The translations under genes were made by a program, and so were the position numbers. From Trypanosoma brucei (lineage: Eukaryota): a stretch of 64,000 nt of DNA. Numbering within the stretch: position 1 is the stretch's first letter; every line of letters begins with the position of its first letter. Positions 32,108-42,573 of the stretch are shown here, in pieces. The notes under the pieces were generated by a model. That model was not told where the DNA came from. It saw nothing but the letters and a program-made list of their open reading frames with translations, and searched no databases. Location: contig CM000208.1 of NCBI GenBank assembly GCA_000002445.1, positions 3,840,001 to 3,904,000 of the forward strand. Reading direction: 5' to 3'.

Positions 32108-35100
32108 GGCCGCTGAAGTTGTCAGACCCCATTTTTGCACTCTGTTCAGCCAAGGACAATGGGGGGACCGGACCTTCCCAAGCCGCTTGCTTGGAGAACG
32201 GAGTTTGTGGTGATGTAGAGGCCTTACTTCACATCACCAAGTGGAGCGGCAGCGGCAGCAGGGGAAAAAAAAAAAGAGACTTCCGTGAATGCGCCGGGGT
32301 CGTTTATCGCGAGCGAGGGGGTGCAAGTTTCCCGCGACCCAACGGAGGAGTTGATACACGGGAGTCCCTTGCCTCCGTCGGCCCTCTCGGGACCGCAGTT
32401 TCCGCCTGGAGTGCACCTAAATACGTTTCATCCTCCACGATTTGAGTGATTGTAATATGTTCCCCGAGGCGTCGGTAAGCTGGCAACGAATGATGGACAA
32501 GTGTGTGTCTTGCTGTGTTGTGAAGAACCAACACTCCAAAGGGCAAGCGCCAACAGGAACAAAACTTCTGCGGCCACCTCACGCCTTACCCGCGGCGGTC
32601 TTGAAGATTAGAATTCACTCCCCAGGCGGTCTGTGTGTGTGTAGTGGGGGGGGGGTATTTTTTCATTTTCTATTTTTTTTAGGTGTATAGGGTCCTTGCG
32701 TTTGCTCGTTTCTAAGATTCCTACGAAGCTGTGCGCTTCTTACGCGCTAGTGGCCGTGATTCCACGTTGTTGCGCGGTGGGATCCCTTTGCAGTACTGTC
32801 CGCAGGGCACCAGCGTGTAGGTTCATGCGCTTACTACGGAATTGGCCCAGTTGTGCGGGCTGAACGCTCCCAAAACACAAACTATGTTGCCAAGGCCTAT
32901 GCTCGCCAACTAGCGTCTACCTTAGTTCCCCCATTACCTCGATTACAACTGGCGGCCCCTGGGGGTGATGCTGTATTTTCTCCGGGATGTTCAAGCTCTA
33001 GGATCCCTGACGTACATTTGACTCCCCAAGTGAGCGGAGCATAGCCGAATACAAAGTCCCCCTCAGTATTTCCGTCCAGTTCCATAATTACCACTTCGCC
33101 TTTTTATTCTGACAGCCGTCCCTTGCTACGAGTAGCTGAATCACCTCTAATACCCCATAGACCTCCGTGAGCGCAGGGTTTTTGCCTTGAGGCCATTTGC
33201 CCTCGTGCAACCCCAATGTTTTTGTTTTGTTTTTGCTGGCTGGGTGGTGACCACCTTAGGCGGCGGGGGGGGGGGCGCGGAGGCGCACAGAAATTTTCTA
33301 AAATTAAAATTTTTTAACCTGGTTAAACAACCTTGAAACACATAAATGCGCAGCGCGCGTAAGATATTTCACTTTCCTAGCGACTCCAACTTTCGATGCC
33401 GATTCGTCGAGCTTTCCCGTGCGGAGCGGCGGCTATCCCTCGTGGGATGCACAAGAATGTTTTCACGTCCGGTGGCCGCGAGCCTTGTGGTCACGCACCG
33501 CCCCTCTCCCCCACTACCGGAGAACCGGTTATGGCCGCCAGAGCCACTTTTACTCGGGCTTCCCAGTTGGGCCGACCAACGAGGTGTTGCTGAGCTCTGG
33601 CCCTGTTTGGTCCCCCTTTTCCACGCGCGGTTCATTTTGCACCTCCTCCAACAATTTCATCCGCATCGGCAGAGCACGTAGGCGGCTATCAAGCACTGCA
33701 CTAGATTTGCGACTGCCGCGATCCTGCTCATTTGGGTTGGGCTTGGGGTGGGTGGGATGCCGACGCCGCCGAAGGCATGCTCACAGATGCCTTCTGGTGT
33801 CGGCCAAAAGTGCCTTCACCGTTAAAAACAAACAGCAGAAGGAAGGGAAAGGGGGAAAAAGCAACCAGCGGCAGCAAGTGATTGGCTGAAAGCCGCACCC
33901 TACTTCGTCCGAGTCCCGCGCGGGGCTGGCTAATTTTAATAATTCGGGGAGGGGCGATGGCGGCAACAGCACCCCCGGGCGTGCCCAAGGGCCCTTTGGC
34001 CGTCCACGTCGCCATTTGCAGGGTCTCTTCGAACAACAAATTGTTTGATGGCCTAACCTTTCGGAAGCACAGCTTTTATCACCCAATCACCGTTTCCACA
34101 ACCCTGGTGAGGGCAAATGCGACCTGACACCGCACATCTGTTATGGTTCTCTTTATAGCGACCTGGCGAACCCTAGCTTCGCCGCAACGGGCATTTCCAG
34201 AGAAAATTAGGCCTCGGCACCGCAATGGCGCACGCCGGACGATGTGGGCTAGAGCAGGGGCGGTGACTTTGTCCATCGCCCCAACGGTTTACGCAACGTT
34301 TTCACAACCTCGTTTACCCACCACCCCTTAAAGCCCTATCGGCATTGCTTCCCACACCAAAAAAAAGGAGGCGACCACGCTTGATGTGCAGCCGGCGCCC
34401 TCTCCGACAGCGGGCCCTGACCCCAGTCCCGCACCGTATTCCTCGTTTTTTTAGTTTCCAATCTCAGCTTCGCGTTGCACACTGGAACTTCAGAGTCCGC
34501 AGCCAGCGGTATCGGGTACGGCCCCTGCCCCACATTTCCGCCGTCCCCGCGGGACCATTCCGGCAGCGGCGATCGACGCATGCCCCTGAAGACCCCGATG
34601 TGTCCTCATTTCGTGGCGCAACATGTGGAGATGGCACCGTCAAGAAAGAAGCGAGCGGAGCCAACGCACATCCCAGCCGCTTGCTTTCCGGCTGCGCTGC
34701 GCATCTCTGCACTCAAGACGAGCCTTCCAAGGGGGTGACGTGCCGTTTCTGTACCACCATCGGCCTCGGGTTGTTCGGCGGGCACGGGTCGGCAAGGGGC
34801 CATCCCCGGGTTCACATGGAGCCGACCTTGCGCTTGTGGTCACTGCATGGAGGGGGATTTTATGGGTTGTGGTCGCCCCCTTTGGATGCCCCTGCCACCT
34901 GGAGAACGTCACTGAACACGGTGACCGCTGGTCCGGGCGGCGTCAGCCTGACGGAATAGCGGTCCTTTTCTCTGTGGCGGCGGCGGTGGCGCCCGTGATC
35001 CAAGCCTGGGCATGCCTTTGTTTGGTGGCGTGCGCGGAGTCACTTAGGTGAGCGGTGGACGGTTGCTCCCTTTTTTTCGCACTATCGCGGCCGGTCTAAA

Positions 35101-36191
35101 TGGTAGGGACCGCCCGTAGAGTATATCACGCGAATGTAGTGTGTTTGCAATCCTTTGAGCATGTCAGCGATGCGAGAGGTGCACCGTTACTCCGTATGGA
35201 GAAAAAATGTAGTGATACGTAGCGAAGTCACCACCGAGTGACACGCTAGGAAACGATCATGGATTCGTCGGAGGGAGTGTCCCGGTCGTTGACGGTGTTG
35301 TTTTCGATGCGCTGCGACGTTTTCAAGGCTAATTCGTTGCGAGCGGTTAATATCCCATGTACCCGGTAACCAATGCTGGTGTGCTGTCAAGAAGGTGGCA
35401 ATACCCATCCATCCGGTCACAGCAGGTTTGTTTTACTGTTCCCCCATCCAATTCGTTGTTGATCGGTTTGAATACCGCCTCGTCGCAACGCGCACGCGGG
35501 TTCAGACGTCAATACGCCACCTGAAAGCTAACCCCCTAACGCCTCGGTGGTACTGGTGCATCTCTAACCCGCAACGTTGCAAGTGACGCTGGAGTCCTGT
35601 GCCGCAGAGCTGAACCAATGGGTTGCGCTGCGGATGCACTCTACGTCCGTATGTCGTTGCTAGTGCAAGTATTTGCGTAGCATTCGTCAACTTGCCTATG
35701 GCGCGACTACTTATATCCATCAATGCTGAAGTGATGTATATTCGCGGTTACCGGCGGGTTGTATCTACTGCAAGCGGTTTTGAAGGTTTGTACCGCGATC
35801 CTTCTATCTTCAGTACCCCAATGTGGGTTATATTTCTCATTTCTTTGTTTATTCTGTTTTGAATGCAACAAGTTATTGCAAAACAAATGTGTATATTGTA
35901 TTTTTGTCATTTCGTTTTTCTTAATCCTTGCTTCGGGGGTACCAGTGTCTTATCGCACGTTTCTCTCTATGTAACGGGCGCACGTAACACTTATGAGCGG
36001 CATTTAACAGCGGGAAAATTCGGCTCCCGTGGTATTGCAAACCTCAAGAAACTGGCTGCTAACATACCGGTATCTGCACACTTTATCCTCTTCGTCTGCT
36101 TGAAATCTCTCTGCATACTGCATTTACATTGGTAGGCAGCACTTTTATCATACCTGCAAGAACACTCCTGATTTATAACTTAGTTTTTTAA

Positions 36192-37253
36192 ATGCTTCAA
36201 CCAGAGTGTCAACCGGGGTTTTGCTTCGATTCGGTTGCGGTGGATGGGAAGACGAACGTTGTAGTTAACGTCTGTGGGCATGAATCAGTCGGTAAGGCAC
36301 TGACAAAAAGCATGGACGTCGCACCCACAAGCTATTTAGATGAATATGGAGTAGATAATCTTATTGTTCCAATATCTGTTAGGCCTCCATTGAAATGCGA
36401 AGAGGGTAGGTGTGATTTTGTTATCGACGTCGTTGTCCATCCGTCACTGACTGAGCGCTGTGTGAAGGGACACCGACTTTTTGAACATTATATAACCAGG
36501 CTAACAACCCTCGCTATTGAATGGATCTTGCAGGAGTGTGGAGTAAGGCTAAATGCACGGGACTGTAAGCTTATTAAAGGGACGAAATACTATAGTTGCA
36601 CAAAACGGGACGTCAAGCAAATGATTTCAGAGTTGATGAGATCAATGGATACACAGTTGAAGAACGAGTCAACAAAGACAGACTCAGAATCGGATTTGCT
36701 AGGGGACAAACTTAAGGTAAACACCAATAGAAAGGATGCGGAGAATAGCCGACCACCCCTTGTTACAGAAATGCCTGCAAGTAGTGGAATTCAGAAAGGT
36801 TTCCTTAGCAAGGCCAGGCTATATGGAGACAAGGGAAGTGGTGAGTGTAACGAATCTCAATCCGATCCACTTCTTCATCTCCCTGAGAACCTTAGAAAGA
36901 AATGTCAAATTGTTGATCTTCGGCAAAGTAGTTGCACGCCACAAGAACCGGGAAAGGCCGGTCTAATCTCCAAATGTGATGAAGTGCTCAAAAATACTCC
37001 TACTGTCCCTACAAAGCCACTCCACGAATGGAAGGTTATTTCTTTGAGTTGCGATGAAACGGCGGTTGTTGTACGACTACATCCACCGCCGGGCGTAACA
37101 TCAATGAAGTCGGTAAACCTGGAGGTAACGCCGGGCACTATAGAAATTGACGAAACTGTTGTTAACCTACCGAAATCCATACGCGTGGGTGAAGTATCGG
37201 CGAAATTTTTGAAATCTTCGAGCAGCTTAATTCTGACGTGTCCGATAGCTTAG
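36192..37253 (+). CDS. PIH1-domain protein (Kintoun/PIH1D-like dynein pre-assembly or R2TP co-chaperone family) with C-terminal CS-like domain
   Basis: ATG start; 353 aa. The N-terminus 'LQPECQPGFCFDSVAVDGKTNVVVNVCGHESVGKA' matches the PIH1 motif (P.PGFC.K.....K.FINICHS..I..P). The C-terminus 'WKVISLSCDETAVVVRLHPPPGVTSMKSVNLEVTPGTIEIDE...AKFLKSSSSLILTCPIA' resembles the PIH1 C-terminal CS/alpha-crystallin-like domain. Confidence 0.65.
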   Translation: MLQPECQPGFCFDSVAVDGKTNVVVNVCGHESVGKALTKSMDVAPTSYLDEYGVDNLIVPISVRPPLKCEEGRCDFVIDVVVHPSLTERCVKGHRLFEHYITRLTTLAIEWILQECGVRLNARDCKLIKGTKYYSCTKRDVKQMISELMRSMDTQLKNESTKTDSESDLLGDKLKVNTNRKDAENSRPPLVTEMPASSGIQKGFLSKARLYGDKGSGECNESQSDPLLHLPENLRKKCQIVDLRQSSCTPQEPGKAGLISKCDEVLKNTPTVPTKPLHEWKVISLSCDETAVVVRLHPPPGVTSMKSVNLEVTPGTIEIDETVVNLPKSIRVGEVSAKFLKSSSSLILTCPIA

Positions 37254-37523
37254 CATGTGAATTGCTCTGGTTGAAAAGCAGGAGAAATGCGGCCAAGTTT
37301 TATGGAGGATTTTTAACACGTTCAGCATCGCGACGCAATTCATTCAGCTCTGTTGCATTTAGTTTTACTGTGTGTGTATTTCAGTAGCCAACTTTTTGTG
37401 GTAAGGAGCAATTGAAGTAGTTTAAATCTTCCATATTTCTTACTTCTGTTCTCACATGTACAGTGTCTTATGAGTGTGCGAAATATTTCCGAAGGGTACC
37501 ATATTTAGTGAGTTTAAGGAAAT

Positions 37524-38621
37524 ATGGACATACCACAAGAACTGGCTTGTCCTACGGAAGATCGACGTTTATACGTTGTCCGGGGGCAAACATTTGAAGT
37601 TGGCCGTTCTCATAAACTCGTGAAATTTATTGGATCCGGGTCGTACGGGTCTGTGTGCTCGGCTGTTGATGAAGATAGCGGCGAACGTGTCGCTATCAAA
37701 AGAATACAACGCGTATTCTCAGACTTAAAGGAAGGCAAGCGTATATTGAGGGAAATGGATATTCTTACATCGCTACATCACACCAACCTCGTACGCCTAA
37801 GGCAGTTTATTCGCCCAGTACGGAAAGACGATTTTTCTGATATATACATAGTGATGGACCTTTACGACACGGATCTTCACCGGATCATCCGAAGTCGACA
37901 AAGTCTTACAAACGAACATTATCAGTACCTAATGATTCAGGCGTTTCGTGGGCTTTTCTACTTGCACACCGCAAAAGTTATACACCGTGACTTAAAACCA
38001 AGTAATTTATTAGTTAACGCTGATTGTACTCTGGCTATCTGTGACTTCGGGCTTGCTCGTGATGATCAATGTACGCAGACCTCTGCGCTCACCGAATATG
38101 TTGTAACTAGGTGGTATCGACCACCTGAAGTGTTAGGCATGGGATCCCATCGATATACAAACGCAGTGGATGTCTGGAGCCTAGGGCTCATCTTTGCTGA
38201 ATTGATGGTTGGTAAGACGCTTTTGCCGGGCTCTGATTACATTCACCAATTGATAATGATTGTCCATCTCCTAGGGACCCCCGCTTCGGAGGATATGGAA
38301 TTTCTTAGCGAGGAAGCAAAGAACTTTCTTCTTGCACAGCCTTTTCAGGAGGCTCGACCGTTTACAGAACTCTTTCCCGCTGCTACTCCTGAGGCGGCTG
38401 ATCTACTTTCAAAGCTGCTAGTATTCCATCCTGACAAGCGGCTTACGGCAAAGGAGGTGATTGAACATGCGTATTTTGCTAAGTTTAGGAACCCTGCGGC
38501 GGAGACAGGTGCTAAAGAGCCGTATGTTTGGCGACACAATGAGGGACTCACACTTGAGGGCCTTCGTGAGGAAATGTGGCGTATTATTTTGGCACATTCT
38601 CCCGGTCCAAAGGGTGACTAG
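37524..38621 (+). CDS. Mitogen-activated protein kinase (TEY activation-loop motif)
   Basis: ATG start; 365 aa. Motifs: 'GSGSYGSV', 'VAIKRI', 'HRDLKPSNLL', 'DFGLAR', 'TEYVVTRWYRPPE', 'DVWSLG'. Together these are the full MAPK signature. Confidence 0.9.
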   Translation: MDIPQELACPTEDRRLYVVRGQTFEVGRSHKLVKFIGSGSYGSVCSAVDEDSGERVAIKRIQRVFSDLKEGKRILREMDILTSLHHTNLVRLRQFIRPVRKDDFSDIYIVMDLYDTDLHRIIRSRQSLTNEHYQYLMIQAFRGLFYLHTAKVIHRDLKPSNLLVNADCTLAICDFGLARDDQCTQTSALTEYVVTRWYRPPEVLGMGSHRYTNAVDVWSLGLIFAELMVGKTLLPGSDYIHQLIMIVHLLGTPASEDMEFLSEEAKNFLLAQPFQEARPFTELFPAATPEAADLLSKLLVFHPDKRLTAKEVIEHAYFAKFRNPAAETGAKEPYVWRHNEGLTLEGLREEMWRIILAHSPGPKGD

Positions 38622-38819
38622 GGTTGCATTTTCCTCATCCACTCAACGTTAGTCAATACATTTTAAATAAAATATGCACGAGATTTTGTCGGTAATGGGG
38701 CGAGGTCTGTGATGGCCTCGTTAGCGTCGACGTGCAGTATTTATGATATCAATGCTTACGGTGCTCACCGAACAGATAATTGTCCCTTTGCACCCTCTCA
38801 AGTGTGACATAATAGGGCG

Positions 38820-40685
38820 ATGAAGCATGACTTTCCAAAGCGTCCACGGGAGCCTGCACCCAGCGATTGCTGTGGCAGCGGGTGTACAAGATGTGTATGG
38901 GATGTGTATTTCGACGAAATGATGAAATACGAAGAACGCATGCAAAACGCCGTAATTAAAGACGAGTTTGCAGATGGTGATGTTAAAGGGGGATGTGATA
39001 GTTCATCTGATGATAGTGATGGTGATGGTGTTTCATCGAATTATGTGGGCTCTGTTGTGGTCAAGTATATTGACATTCCCAACGACGAAGGCCGCTGCGT
39101 AACGGCAGCGACCTCGATATCGACCATACTCGGTCGTTTTTCTGATGTTGTTGACGTTCATACAGTCTCGAGCAGCTCCCGTGGCAATTCCGGTGCTCAC
39201 TCCCCCGTCGGGAACCAAGACATACATGTGCTTGATGTAGTTTTGGGTGAAACTGATGGATTCGAAAAGCTAAAATTACCATTGTTACCGTTACCGGGGG
39301 ATGTTGTTGAGATTTTTCGCCCCAATGATTACAGTGTGGGAAATTGTGAACAACCCGGAGAGGTAGAAAAATTATGCGATCGCTTGGGTGTGTCTCCCAA
39401 CCAGTGGTGTGAACTCTATCGGTCTCCGTTTGTGCCAACAGGCCACTTTCCCCCGTGGCTTCCGTTACAACAACCCGTTCAGATCCGTACCCTTTTGGCC
39501 TATTTTGTGGACATCGGGAGTTGCAGCTACATTTTGCGCCCAACGTTTCTCCAGACGCTATTCCGTGTCGCGACGTCCGTTAAGGGTGTTCTCCCAGATT
39601 CTTTGACACCTGAGAGTCGTGATATGCTGGAGTTGCTAAAGGTGTGTGGATCGAGTGAGGTGGCGCCACTGATATACAAGGCCACCGTAAGTGGAAATGC
39701 TACGCCATGTTTTCCACGACTGATTGACGTTTTAAATGTGTTCTCATTCGTAAATTTTCCGCTTGCGCGTTTGCTCGAGGTCAGTGGACCGTTGCGGGCG
39801 AGAAAGTTCAGCGTAGCTAACTACACACTAAGTGAAACCGCTGACAGACAAGGGGGATCGTGCCTGGGCTCTGTGCAACTCTGTTTGCGTGGTGTCGACG
39901 TTGCCAAAACTGAAAGCGCCGTTGAGAAGGAATGCACCAGTGAACCTGCTCACATCTTTGCGGGTCTGCTGCGTGGCGCCGCGTTACGGCGTTGTACGGA
40001 AGGAGGAAATGGTGGGAACCACTTCACTGGGCACGTCTCAAACCCGTTGTGTTACTTTCATTCTCGTCAACATGCGCTTCGTTTGTATGTTGGCACTAAG
40101 CTGTTTGGTATGTCCTCGTTTGCGAAGAACTTGAATAGGGCTATCACCCCTGTTCGTCTGTCCACAGGACTGTCTCCAGTCCCAACGATGTTGCCATGGG
40201 TGATACTTGTGGGTGCGGGTACTGGAATTGCGCCCTTGATGAGTGCAGTGAACGAACTCGTGCGTCGCCGTGCTGATGGTTCGGCCGTTGAGCGTTGCAG
40301 TACTAAATGCTGGGTGGTGTATGGCGCAAGAAACTTCTCGGAACTCGTGTACCATGAGCAGCTACAAGAGGCACTGAGGCTAGGTGCAATCTCCCGGTAC
40401 GAAGTAGCCCTTTCACGATCGACTGCAGGTGAACACCCAAGATACGTCACGGATGTGCTGGAGTCGCATGCTGAGTTTATACGTTCTGAGCTTCTCGAAA
40501 GGAGCGGATGGATGTTTGCTTGTGGACCATTGAGTGCTATGCGGTCGCTGAGGGAACGAATGACCGCAAAAATTTTGCGCGCCGCGGACGACGACGAGAG
40601 TGTATCTGAACAACGCATTCGCTACTTGGAGGGCACAGAGCATCTTGTATTTGATATTTGGGGTTCGGTTGGCCTCTTCAGCTGA
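38820..40685 (+). CDS. Flavoprotein oxidoreductase: N-terminal oxidoreductase-like domain (OXLD) plus C-terminal ferredoxin-NADP reductase-type FAD/NAD(P)-binding domain
   Basis: ATG start; 621 aa. 'CCGSGCTRCVWDVY' matches the OXLD motif (CCxSGCxxCVW). The C-terminus 'VILVGAGTGIAPLMSAV', 'WVVYGARNFSELVY' and 'MFACGP' are FNR-type NAD(P)-binding motifs. Confidence 0.7.
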   Translation: MKHDFPKRPREPAPSDCCGSGCTRCVWDVYFDEMMKYEERMQNAVIKDEFADGDVKGGCDSSSDDSDGDGVSSNYVGSVVVKYIDIPNDEGRCVTAATSISTILGRFSDVVDVHTVSSSSRGNSGAHSPVGNQDIHVLDVVLGETDGFEKLKLPLLPLPGDVVEIFRPNDYSVGNCEQPGEVEKLCDRLGVSPNQWCELYRSPFVPTGHFPPWLPLQQPVQIRTLLAYFVDIGSCSYILRPTFLQTLFRVATSVKGVLPDSLTPESRDMLELLKVCGSSEVAPLIYKATVSGNATPCFPRLIDVLNVFSFVNFPLARLLEVSGPLRARKFSVANYTLSETADRQGGSCLGSVQLCLRGVDVAKTESAVEKECTSEPAHIFAGLLRGAALRRCTEGGNGGNHFTGHVSNPLCYFHSRQHALRLYVGTKLFGMSSFAKNLNRAITPVRLSTGLSPVPTMLPWVILVGAGTGIAPLMSAVNELVRRRADGSAVERCSTKCWVVYGARNFSELVYHEQLQEALRLGAISRYEVALSRSTAGEHPRYVTDVLESHAEFIRSELLERSGWMFACGPLSAMRSLRERMTAKILRAADDDESVSEQRIRYLEGTEHLVFDIWGSVGLFS

Positions 40686-40941
40686 GCGGTGCGTATTTTT
40701 TTCCCCCAGAAAGGTAAGCAATCATAGCTCTATTTGTTTGTTGCATTGTTTATTTGTTTGTTTTCCCTTCACCACAACTCATGTTGTTTCGTCATGGTCG
40801 TCCCCACTCGTGTGTTTTGTGTTCGTTTGTGTTACTTTGCCTACGCGCAGTACATAAGGAAGGTCAGTAAGCATAATAATACAGTGACAAGCGTCAAGGT
40901 TTTGGGTGGGGTGATAGGGGAGTCTGTGTGGCTCTCATAGA

Positions 40942-41481
40942 ATGTCAGATGGACTTCCGTGGCCCTCATCGACGGTGAGTGCTCTCCAAAGAATCCCTTT
41001 TCGGGAGCGCCTGAAGAACTTTTACTTCTTGATTTTTAGCGCTAAAACGAACCGATGTATCCTTGCCACATCTATTGTGCTGTTGCTAATCAGCGTGGTG
41101 AGGAGTAGCTGCGTAACGACCCTTTGGTACCATACAGCTGAAGCAATCGTAACGTTGCTTTTCGTCTGCGAAGTCACTATTCGTCTCATGGTGATGCGAG
41201 GTAACTTTTGGGATTCTTCGTACAATGTAGCGGAGGCGCTGTCTTGTGTGGTTTGTATTACTATTTTTTTCGTTCTCCACTACACACGTCAGATGAGCTC
41301 TTCAGTGGAACATCAGTTTCTTATCGCACTGCGCTATTTGGGCCAGGTGCTGCGATTGGCGGGGTTAGTTGCGGTGGACACTGTACTCTTGGGAAGTGGT
41401 GAGGCTACCCTTCATCTTTCTTTTGTCGGCACCCGGCCATGTGTGGTCAGTGGGAGAGAAAACCTGTGTGATGTACTGTGA
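40942..41481 (+). CDS. Small 4-TM protein resembling an isolated voltage-sensor / ion_trans S1–S4 segment (hypothetical)
   Basis: ATG start; 179 aa. 'LLFVCEVTIRLMVMRGNFWDSSYNVAEALSCVVCI' parallels the S2–S3 pattern of voltage-gated cation channels ('FTxEmvLKiiA.G......WNxxDfvVV'). 'LIALRYLGQVLRLAGL' is a degenerate S4-like helix. Confidence 0.4.
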   Translation: MSDGLPWPSSTVSALQRIPFRERLKNFYFLIFSAKTNRCILATSIVLLLISVVRSSCVTTLWYHTAEAIVTLLFVCEVTIRLMVMRGNFWDSSYNVAEALSCVVCITIFFVLHYTRQMSSSVEHQFLIALRYLGQVLRLAGLVAVDTVLLGSGEATLHLSFVGTRPCVVSGRENLCDVL

Positions 41482-41899
41482 AAATTTTTTATTTTCCTCC
41501 GTGGGCTGTCTGTGCTCTCCAGCGATTGGCACCTGGTGCGACGCGGGTGGTCACTCTTTTCTTTCCGTCTCTCTTTTACTTCTTGCTGAGTAGTGAGCCG
41601 GGGGGTGGGCCGCAACAGATATGCGGCGGCATCCAACACGCGTCTCAGGGAACCTCATGCCATGTGCACATGTGGACACATAAACACGTAAGTGTCAATT
41701 AGTGCCCATTTTGGAAGTGCGCAGTCACCACGTCTCGCGTACGCTTTTTTCTTTTTTTTTTACCTTCCTTTTGTACATACCCTCCTTTTTGACTCCTATG
41801 TCTTTGTCATTTTTTATGCAGATAGTAGGCAGGCTGGAGAAACGCAGGTGTCCGCATACCTGATTGGACGTTAGCGGGGCTTTGATCACCTTCTGACTA

Positions 41900-42247
41900 A
41901 TGTCCGAGGACACGTTTTTTCGCCGTGCTGCCAATTGGATGTACGGTGACTCTTCGTACCTACAGAGGACGCCGCCACCGGAGCTTGGTGATAGGCACAT
42001 CAACGAACTCTTGAGTCGCCATCCTTTTCACCCGTTTGACCCGGAGATGAGCTCCGAGCACCCTTGTAGCGAAAATAACTCGTTATTCTACTCGTGTATG
42101 ACAAGTGACGAGGTCGAGGGCTACGAACTGCACATGAAGCACGTCACCTGCTATTTTCCGTATAAAGTAAATCTGATGAAATGCCTCTCGAGAGAGCGCC
42201 GCCTGGCACGCGCGGGGGCGTCTTCGGATATAGACAAACAGAAATGA
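41900..42247 (+). CDS. Hypothetical small protein (115 aa)
   Basis: ATG start, + strand, non-repetitive composition. No domain recognised. Coding status uncertain. Confidence 0.3.
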   Translation: MSEDTFFRRAANWMYGDSSYLQRTPPPELGDRHINELLSRHPFHPFDPEMSSEHPCSENNSLFYSCMTSDEVEGYELHMKHVTCYFPYKVNLMKCLSRERRLARAGASSDIDKQK

Positions 42248-42573
42248 CTACTCACAATGAACATTAGGCCCAGCCACACCCCCTTCCGGCTGCCGGTTAA
42301 GCACGGGGCTGAGTTTTCCATTGGGACGCCAGTATTTATTTATTATCACAATTATTTTTACCGCGCACGATCCTTAGGTTTGGTAGACATACGTGGAACA
42401 CATACAAGCACATGGATGTATATTCGTCTGTGCGCATAGTCAAACCGATAAGCTCATGTTTTCTGCAAACTTACACAGGACTCTCCCCCGACCCCCTTAA
42501 ATACAGAGTCGTCACCTACGTGCTCGTCTCCCACTCTTGCCATCTATAGTGTTACAAAGCTCCCACACACAAG

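Noticed and set aside
34345-34959. 204-aa ORF and neighbours in the GC-rich island treated as genes
   Set aside because: Several ORFs of similar length overlap in different frames on both strands, which indicates GC-driven stop-codon depletion and not coding. The translations are Arg/Pro/Gly/Ala-rich with no domain, so I report the region only as a compositional anomaly or possible pseudogene.
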